In this document: positions 24,459 to 33,754 of the stretch, piece by piece
Layout: each line of letters starts with the position of its first letter
How positions within the stretch are numbered: the first letter of the stretch is position 1
NCBI GenBank assembly: GCA_040143965.1
Contig: JASJQH010006946.1
Span: 1 to 33,754, forward strand
Direction: 5' to 3'
DNA: 33,754 nt
DNA from: Basidiobolus ranarum
Lineage: Eukaryota
Program-made: the position numbers and the translations under genes
The notes under the pieces: model-generated
Seen by the model: only the letters and a program-made list of their open reading frames with translations
Database searches by the model: none
What the model was told of the DNA's origin: nothing

Positions 24459-27400
24459 ATGTCTACTCAAGATAGTGATGATTGTTCTCCTCATAACCTC
24501 GAGGTATGCATACCAAAATTTTCTTTTCACTAGAAGCTTGTTGAAATCGTCCTATATATCTTTTCTAAATACTGGAAAATCTTTCTGTTGCACCTGCATT
24601 TATCTCAGGTATCAAAAACAGAGCTTGAATTAAAAGAAGAGGGGGAAGATTCGATTGCTGAAGATAATACGGATTTACAGTCCATTAAAGTAGGTTTCAT
24701 TTTCTATATTCGAGGATATACGACCAATACTAACCTGGTAAATTTTACCCTCTAGAGTGAAACAGGAACCACTGTAACCAGCGCCGATGAAAGACCTTCT
24801 ACAGATGATTCAAAGGTATATACATTTGTTCTCACGAAATATAACGTGTTATATGCCGCCAAGGCTAGGATTTGCATATGTATCAAGTTATTTACAATAC
24901 TCTATATGTAGCTGAAGGAAACGATAAAGAGATATAGATATCTACTAGGACAGACCGATTTATTCTCACATTTCATTAACTTAAAGAAAGAAAAGAACGA
25001 AGAATTCAGAACTCTTCTTGAAGAAAGTCTCGCAGATGATGGTAAAGAAGAGAGTCATGATGGGTAAGTACTAAGAGAATTCCATCCATTTCGACAGTTT
25101 CTCATTACATCGAAACAGAACCAGGAGACACAGAAAGACAGAAAAGGAGGAAGATGAAGAACTTCTTAAAGCCGAAAAGCACATACTTGATAGTCCTACC
25201 GTATTTACAAAATCACCAAAATGTAAGGTCATAATTTCGAACCAAACTGCCACCTGATTCTCACGGATATTCTTTAGATGTTGAAGGAGGTACCATGCGA
25301 GACTACCAAATTCACGGGCTTAATTGGATGATTTCATTATTTGAAAATGGAATCAACGGTATCCTGGCTGATGAGATGGGATTGGGAAAAACACTTCAAG
25401 TAATTTCGTTTCTAGGCTATCTTAAGCACTATCGGGATATACCCGGGCCGCATTTAGTGGTTGTACCAAAGTCAACCTTGCACAATTGGATCAGCGAATT
25501 TAACAAGTGGGTTCCTACAATTAAAGTGCTGATGTTGCATGGAAATAAGGAGCAGCGGGTCAGTTTTATTACACGCATCTAGAAGATTGAGACTAGTTAT
25601 TGATGAATCGCCAATTGTTTACTCACCATTAGGCTAAAACCATTCAAGATCAAATGTTTGACGACGACTTTGACGTTTGCGTAACTTCCTACGAGATGGT
25701 CTTACTAGAGAAAAGCAAGCTGAGCAAGATCACTTGGCAATATATTGTTATTGACGAAGCTCATCGTATCAAAAATGAGAATTCCTTACTTTCTCGCATT
25801 GTTCGAATTTTACCATCTCGTAATCGACTCTTGGTCACTGGCACACCTTTGCAGAATAATCTTCATGAATTATGGGCGCTTCTCAACTTTTTATTACCGG
25901 ATATTTTCAGTTCAGCAGAGGATTTCGATGCTTGGTTCCAACTTTACGGTGGTGACCAAGATGCTGTAGTCCAGCAACTTCATAAGGTTCTACGTCCTTT
26001 CCTTTTACGAAGAATCAAATCGGACGTTGAGAAATCCCTTTTACCCAAGAAGGAGGTCAATCTCTACGTCGGTATGAGTACTATGCAACGCAAATGGTAC
26101 CAAAGAATCCTCGAGAAAGATATCGATGCTGTAAATGGAGCAGTGGGTAACAAAAAAGGAAGTAAAAATCGGTTGATGAACATTGTTATGCAACTTCGAA
26201 AATGTTGCAATCATCCTTACTTATTTGACGGTGCCGAGCCAGGGCCTCCATTCACCACCGATGAGCATCTTGTTGATAACGCTGGAAAGATGTTGGTGCT
26301 GGACAGACTTCTTACCCGTTTAAAGGCTCAGGGATCACGTGTCTTGCTTTTCAGTCAAATGAGTCGTATGTTGGATATATTCGAAGATTATTGCGAATAT
26401 CGTGAATACGATTATTGTCGAATTGATGGACAAACCGCCCATGAAGATAGAATCCAAGCTATTGATGAGTACAACAGCCCCAATAGCTCTAAATTCATCT
26501 TCTTACTTACCACTCGCGCTGGTGGTCTCGGGATCAACTTGGTCACCGCAGATATCGTTATTCTTTACGATAGTGATTGGAATCCACAGGTTGATCTTCA
26601 GGCTCAAGACCGTGCTCATCGTATTGGTCAGAAAAAGCAAGTCTATGTATTCCGAATGATCACTGAAAATGCCATTGAAGAGAAAGTGTTAGAAAGAGCA
26701 GCACAGAAATTACGCCTTGATCAATTAGTTATTCAACAAGGTCGTATGGCACAACAACAAAAAACCTCTTCAAAAGATGAATTATTGTCAATGATCCAAC
26801 ACGGTGCCCAAGATGTGTTTAAATCTACCGAGAGTACGGTGGGAAATGACGATATCGAAGAGATTTTGAAAAAAGGTGAAGCTAAAACCAATGAATTAAT
26901 GAAAAAATATGAAAATATTGGACTTGAAGATCTTCAGAAGTTCTCGTCCGAGAGTCTTGGTAGCGCTTACGAATGGCAGGGTGAAGATTACAGAGGTCAC
27001 AAGAGAAAAGGTGATGGTCTTAGACCCGATTGGATTCAACCTGCCAAACGTGAGCGTAAAGCCAATTATGCCATCGATGATTATTATCGAGAGGCTCTAC
27101 GCGTTGGCCCAAAACAACCTGCCAACAAGTTACCTCGTCCACCTAAGCAATTGACTGTCTCCGATTTTCAGTTTTATCCTCCGCGCCTGGTTGAACTTCA
27201 ACAAAAGGAGATCTACCATTATAGAAAGTCAATCAATTATCAAGTCCCCAAAGCTGAGGAAGAACACGAGGAAGAGCGTAATCAAGAACAAGCTAAAATC
27301 GACAATGCCGAACCGTTAACGGAAGAGGAGAAGGAGGAGAAAGAAAAATTACTGGAGGAGGGATTCGAAAACTGGGGTAAACGTGATTTTAATTCATTTG

Positions 27401-27984
27401 TGAGAGCTAGTGAACGTCATGGTAGAGATGATATTGAGGCTATTGCACAAGAAATCGATGGAAAATCACTGGAGGAGATCGAGGCTTACAGTAAAGTCTT
27501 TTGGGAGCGTTACCACGAACTGGCAGATCACGAAAGGATTATATCAAATATTGAGAAAGGTGAAGCACGTCTCAAACGACAGGACGAGATCCAAGGTCAA
27601 CTTACAGCAAAGATATCCCAGTATCGACTCCCACTCCAACAACTCAAGCTCACTCACACTCAAAATAAGGGGAAAAATTATACGGAAGAGGAAGATCGCT
27701 TTCTACTTGTCATGCTGGAAAGCTTTGGTTACGGTTCCGAAGATGTATATGAAAATATCCGTAATGAGATTCGTAGATCCCCATTATTTAGATTCGATTG
27801 GTTTTTCAAGTCACGTACAACTACTGAGCTTGCTAGACGGTGCAATACCTTGATAGGTTTGATTCAAAAGGAGAATGGCGAGTCTGAGGATAAGCCTTCC
27901 AACAAGTCCAAGTCTGAGGACCGAAGCCGTGTGAAAAATAAGGGAGTTCCTGAAGGTGGACGACGCAAGAAAACTCCATTATAA
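24459..27984 (+). CDS. ISWI chromatin-remodelling ATPase (Isw1/Isw2/SNF2H family), ~1024 aa, 7 exons
   Basis: Exons 24459-24503, 24609-24689, 24756-24815, 24912-25063, 25119-25222, 25278-25558, 25633-27984. [93 protein letters not shown] ([31 protein letters not shown]). Confidence 0.95.
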
Positions 27985-28155
27985 AGCTCACTGAGTATGG
28001 GTTTTCGAGTGTAATCTATCTTTTATTAGCGACCATAGACCAACATTTGTAACTATTAAAAATCAGAGGGTTTCTCTTTTTAAATGGCGATATATGTTTA
28101 TTGATTAGCCAGTAACAAATTTCACGTGTATTTTAAATAAAATCGTTAGCAACAC

Positions 28156-31100
28156 TTAATATTTGGAGTTATCTTCCTTGGGTGGGGTGGAGTGATTAGA
28201 ATAATTGATTGGTATTGAGGGATTCCATGCACCGGCTATTGGTGCTCTGGTGTTGGGGCTGTTTTTGCTGGGACTAGAGTAGTTGTACCCACCGAGGGAA
28301 GGAATCTGGTATGATGGCTTGGGTGAGGAGTTGTCAGAAGAAGGAGGCATGGATGGTGGAGCGGAAGGGGTGGGTCCAGTCTGGGAGACACGTAAGCCAG
28401 TGACAGAACGAGTAAGTTGACTTTTGGATAAACGATTAGTTATTAGCACAAAGTGAATAAGTGACCAGAGTTCTTTACCTGAGATAGTCTTTACTTTCCA
28501 TCTTTCTCGCGAAGCTAAAGTCTTTGCAACTTTCCAGGAATTTTTGAAGGATTTTTTCAAAGTCCCTGTAAAACTTGGCTCCCTCTTGTAGATTGTTGAG
28601 AATTTCTTTGTATTTACCATAGGCTACATCGAGGTTTTGAAGGGCTTTCTCACGAGACTGTACTTGTGAGCTACCTCTGCGCGCGGCAACAAATTGAACA
28701 TTGATTTCCTACAATTCAAGCGACTTAAATATTGAATACAGTAGATAAATTTCTGGATCTGTCAAGACAATCACCTTGAGATTCTCCAGTAGCTCTTCTT
28801 GGGCAACTGATTCCTCCTTGACTAATTCTATGTAATGGTCGTATTTTCCTAACTCTTGAGAAAAGAGATCTTCAAAATGGGCCGTTTCAATGTTAACAAT
28901 TGGGGAAGAAGCATTTGCGGAGATAGCGACGGTGGCACGTAACAAACTTGGACCTAATCCACCATAAAAGGTTAGTGGTTACGAAACAAACTAAAGGAGA
29001 TCATGTGTAGTGGTTCTTACCAATATCATCTTGCTCTGCGAATCCTCGAATTTCAGAAACGAGTTTCTTACGTGCTTTGATTTTCTCATCCATCTCGTAC
29101 AAAAGTGCCTGAAGTTGTCCGACAAGGTCGTTATCAATCCCAGAAGGTCCATTGAGCGTCGGAACCGCTCGTTCCAACTCAGTCTACAAATAGAGGGCCC
29201 TGTGAAGTCCTCATTATGGTGTGCACGTGAACTGGTAGAAAACTTACACGACTGCCACTAAGAAGGTCAATAAATTTCTTCCATGATTCCAATTTCGCCC
29301 GAACTATACTATCGCTTTTGCCGGCTGACTCCAAAGTCTGTTTGAATTTCTGCCCCTGTTCGGTTAGATTGGCAGTAAGTGATTTTGATGAAGGTCTGGC
29401 CCAACGATCCGAAAATTGGGATCGCATTTCCTCGTCATCTTCAGCTTCCTGGGTCAAGCTAGCAAAAGCCTTGATTCAAACGGTATTAAGCACAATCCAT
29501 CAATGATAAGGTGAACCATTGTATCTTACCTCGTCCAAGAGATAGCTGTCTTGACTGGCCAAATCCTTGATGGTCTGAATCAAACTATTTAGATGAGTGA
29601 CTCCTCCCTCAGATCGAACCTCGTCGGCTTTAGCTAAGAGAGAGGGTGGTAAACCGATGGGCTGTTCCAACGCACGAAGAGAGTCGGGCAAGTTCAGTGT
29701 TTGTAGAAGTCTAAATCAATCAAAAGTGAGTGAGAGTGTGTTCGTGATTGTTCATTAGGTGAGATGATCTGTACTCATGATAATCAACGTTCAGGTCATC
29801 TAGAATATCCGCAATATCGTGTTTGATCAGTTGATCTCTTCGATCAGCGTAGATGCTGGCTGCTTGGTGAACAGCAAAGGGAACCAGTCTCGAAAACAAA
29901 GGAGGCCCAATAATCGATTGTTCAGTCATAAATGACCCAGGCGATGTGATTTCTTGGGGAGGAGTAGCCTTGACCATGTCGGCTGGGGCAATGCTGGGGA
30001 TGTTGGTTAGATCCGGAACCAACTCAAGGTAAATCATGTCATTGTCCTTTTCTGCACGGTTGAGATTCTTCTGAATGATGGCTTGCAGTGACTACGTAGA
30101 GTTTCTTGGTTAGTTTACGAAAATTCGAGTATGTAGAAATGGTCGTACCTTTAAGTCATTGATGACTGATTCTCGGCCATATTTCTGAAGTTCGAGACCC
30201 TTTTTGACGTACTCGTCGGCCCCTCTCAACCGAGAAATTTCTTCTCCATACTTATTTTGACTAATACATTCACAAGACTTCCGAAACAAGGCGGCTGCAT
30301 GGAAGTGGTTGGGCTTGATTTGCATCTGGGTCATCCATTGCTATAGACCGTGGTTACTATAAGTATACGATTGAGTAGAGAGTATGCATCAACGGAATTA
30401 TACATACTTGTCCAAAGAGGCTGTGAAGGGCATTGTGTGAAGAGATATCGTACGCCGCGTCGTAGAAGTTGGCAACCGATTCTGCAAGCTTGGCAATAAT
30501 GGTGTCTTTCATTTGGTCTGGATGAATTATACAAAGAGCGTTAGTCTCTAAAACTCCAGTTATTGAGTAAGATGGCTAGATGTACCTTTGACTGCCTTCT
30601 GCCAAAAGCATTCTTGCGCTTGAGCAAGCATAAGGTTGATAAGTGCATTCAAGACTGGCATAGCCATATCAGCAGTAGGTGAGCATCTTAGCTCACTCAA
30701 GAGATTCTCTTGAATGTACTTGAAAACACCAGCTGCACTCTAGTCATGTAAGTCGAGATATCATTATACTGTAGGAAAATCAATCCTGAGAAGAAACCAG
30801 GCTACAATACCTGGAAATGTTGGCATGCTCTCTTCAATCCCTCAGAGGAAGAGCGATTCTCGGCTTGTCCGAGTTGACTATACATAGCGCCAATATTAAA
30901 GAGAATACATGCTCTTTCGTAATGCAGATTCTTTTGTTCTTCAATGTTCATATCATATTAGCGGATGATAAATTGTCTTCAAGCAGTGCAGTAAATCAGC
31001 TTACCCGGGTGCTTTACTTTGGTAAACGCATTATGCCAAGTAAAAGCAATGTTCACCTATTCGAAGTTCTAGTTTAGCAAAGGCAAGCTGAAAGAGGAAT

Positions 31101-31418
31101 TGAATGAAACAACGCTCACATCCGAAGGGAATTTGGTACTTATAAATACTAATTGACCATAATATCTATTCCAAAAAGGATTAAATTTCTACTTTCGAAA
31201 ATATCCTCAAAAAATACCAACTTTATCAAACGATTGAGTGAATTTTGATGAACCTCTGCATTGACGCAATCTGCACGTAAAGCCTCAATCACACGATAAT
31301 CATCAACATAAAGCTCCGGAGGTTCGGAGTAAGAATCAGCAATGTATTCACGAAGTGGTTTCGTTAACTGAACACTCTCAGTCTTTTTGAGGTCGATGGC
31401 AAGAATATTTGTTGTCAT
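28156..31418 (-). CDS. palA: BRO1-V domain protein PalA/Rim20 (ALIX family), ~811 aa, 14 exons
   Basis: Exons 31418-31222, 31165-31120, 31056-31005, 30938-30811, 30739-30586, 30517-30408, 30340-30149, 30091-29775, 29710-29530, 29469-29248, 29183-29021, 28953-28775, 28708-28479, 28420-28156; frame consistent. [71 protein letters not shown]-terminal [11 protein letters not shown] (PalA-like rather than Bro1-like). Confidence 0.9.
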
Positions 31419-31673
31419 AAATCGCTATTCTTATTTAAAGTTATACTTGTAGAAACTATACAGAGAAGCGTTAGCGTCTATATATCATGGAATAAAGTGG
31501 ATTAATAAATCGAAGCAAAAAGACAACTTTATGGTACCTCTAAAGTGATACTAGTAAGTTCAAAAACGAACCGAAAAGAGAGAAAGAGCTAATAAGAATC
31601 GAAATATCTCATGAATACATACTTGCTTACTACTTGATTTTGTTAACGTTCTTTCCAGGCCTAAGATGAATTA

Positions 31674-31704
31674 ATGCCTGATGCCTGATGCCTGATGCGT
31701 GATG
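31674..31704. repeat. 7-nt tandem repeat (ATGCCTG)3-ATGCGTG-ATG
   Basis: Read directly in the divergent region between palA and the small unknown gene. Confidence 0.8.
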
Positions 31705-31913
31705 ATAACTCCTGATTACGATTGAGCTTTGGACAAGTTTCAATTTGCAGTAAATTCCTTTGTTTTCATGATCCAGAGTAGTGACGAAATCCAAGCAATC
31801 CTGATTAATTTATGAACTTAACGAATTGACGCAGTAGCTATTTTGCAGTCACATGAACTGCAGTATGCAATTAAAATTAATAATTGACTGGCATTCACTC
31901 TTTCGAAGTAAAC

Positions 31914-32503
31914 ATGAAAGTAACGCTTACAGAAGGTATTAGTGGAGGTTTTTTGCCTGCCCAGGTAAGGTGGGTGAGCTCAGTTCTATTTATTTCCAAC
32001 ATAGTCCAATTCACCTAGATTATCTTTTACTGGTAGGAAAGTCATCAAGATTGATACCAACGAGGGAGATATTGAAGAAACTCAACTAATAGACCAAGAG
32101 TACGTCACCAAGTCAGGAAAATTGCCAAGGTACTTGAATTCACACTGACTTATTTCGTTTCTGACTATTAATGGAAATTAGCCAAGTTTTGTTAGCACTG
32201 ACTGAGAAAGTTGAGAAACTGCGCCATTTACCCACTGAATTCCCGCCTTTTACCTCAGATATCTATGGTCTCGATACTTCGATCATTGTTGAAGCTGATG
32301 ACTTCCAGTGGGGAAACGGTTGGTTCAATAGAAATATTGTAATTGGTTGTACGCTTGTAGCTTATACAATGAGTTGATTTACAGGTGCTCCAGAAGGTTG
32401 CAGTTATACCGAGCCAAGAGTAACAGTCACTTCCGAACACAAGAATGAGTTCCAAGATACTGTAAGTGAGATTCTCTCAACTGGTCAGTATGCCTTAGCT
32501 TAG
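31914..32503 (+). CDS. Uncharacterised small protein, ~134 aa, 4 exons
   Basis: Exons 31914-31969, 32037-32129, 32182-32318, 32385-32503 (GT-AG introns of 67, 52 and 66 nt; 405 nt in total). Product MKVTLTEGISGGFLPAQVRKVIKIDTNEGDIEETQLIDQEYVTKSGKLPSQVLLALTEKVEKLRHLPTEFPPFTSDIYGLDTSIIVEADDFQWGNGAPEGCSYTEPRVTVTSEHKNEFQDTVSEILSTGQYALA*. Confidence 0.75.
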
Positions 32504-32532
32504 CTTGATGCAAACTTGGTTACACGGAATCG

Positions 32533-33754
32533 GAGCTTTATATTTATCTTTGTCCATTGTGAGTATTGCTTGACTACTAAATATATAAATGAGCTGTGAG
32601 AGTTCCTCTGCTTGCTTATTGTATCTGGATTCTTTTCAAGAAATCTTTCAAGCAATCATTAGCTTACAATTCCTCTGTCAAGATATTGGATGGGCAAAGT
32701 TGAAGATCTATATACTGCTATAGAATAGAGGCATCAGGCATGTACCCTGTGATGCTCAACAGGAGTGCTCAAATCACATTACACTTGAAGACTTTAATCT
32801 CTGAGTGGAAATTAGAGGCTCACAGTGGTACTGCTAACCAATGGAGAAAATCCATAATTCAGTGTCTTTTACTCAGTGCCTTGCATTATAATATCCTTTT
32901 AATGATAAGGAGTATGTGGAAAGTGAGGTCAAGTACATAACATCTTAGAATCAATAAAAAAAGCTGGGTGAAAGTTTATTATATTTCTAATTTATGCTGT
33001 TTCTAGCTTCTTACTGTTACAGATTTTCAGTGACATTGGAAGTGAAATAGATTATCATAAGAAATCTTGGTCTTCATTAGTAGGTTCATTAGTTTAAACT
33101 TTGCTACTTTACTTTTGTCTGAAATGCCTGAAGCTAAGCATGGAATAATAGTGGGAGACATGTTAGGATATTCCCTGTGATAGTGCCAGATTGAGCTATA
33201 TATATCATATTTGATAAAGTATTATGAAACTTATGCAGCACAATTTGGAACTATTCAGCTCCCTCAGGCATGATCAATATCAATCATAATTACTTTAATA
33301 TTTTGATCCATGCTCTGATAAGTCCTGGCACAATGGAACCAGTCCTATATAAAGCATGGCAACCTTAGAATGACTTGGAAATATGAACTAAATTTTAATA
33401 TCCTGGGAAATTAGCAATCAGAAACAAATATATACATAATTCATGCTAGGTCCTGTTGAAATTAGCAATGCATAAGTACCTATATAGTCATAAATAGCTT
33501 AGTACCTAGTTATCCATATTTCACTAAGATATTACCCAGCACTCTCAATTGGAATTTACTTGGAATATATTTACCAACTTAAAAGTTCTCAGATATACAG
33601 CTAGCTCTTAAATTTCTGGAATTTCACCTTCTGCAAAATTGAAAGGAACTAATTTTCAAGTTTAGAAAAGTAAAATTGAAATACTCCAACAGGAAAGATG
33701 GCTTTGGGACATTATTGTAGATGAATAATGTTAAAGTATTTGGGAGCCTGTTGG
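32533..33754. other. CpG-free, AT-rich non-coding tract (probable methylated or decayed repeat, or heterochromatin edge)
   Basis: Last CG at 32531-32532; I find none in the following 1222 nt, although GC, CA and TG are common. No credible ORF. Confidence 0.65.

Overview
Gene-dense eukaryotic DNA from a fungus, most likely an early-diverging (non-Dikarya) lineage. The clues are short GT-AG introns with CTAAC-type branch points, a eukaryotic H-type ferritin, a 7TM-RGS protein, and PalA-, Clg1- and Rrt8/Lds-like genes. I assembled 14 protein-coding genes by hand, and every spliced model keeps frame across its introns. In order: importin-7/8 (Nmd5/Sxm1-like), UDP-glucose 4-epimerase, Ctr copper transporter, MOT1-type molybdate transporter, Ded1/DDX3 helicase, EI24/Rrt8-like membrane protein, METTL21-like methyltransferase, ferritin, Clg1/Pcl-type cyclin, 7TM-RGS, Set2, ISWI, PalA/Rim20, and a small uncharacterised 4-exon gene that the ORF track largely misses. 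I recognised no tRNA, rRNA, CRISPR array or intact transposon. The most notable signals are a 1.2-kb terminal tract with no CpG at all, the hidden small gene beside it (possibly emfourin-like), a head-to-head Set2/ISWI pair, and Cu/Mo/Fe homeostasis genes within 9 kb. None of these is demonstrated to be a new system. Family calls come from motif recognition, not database searches.
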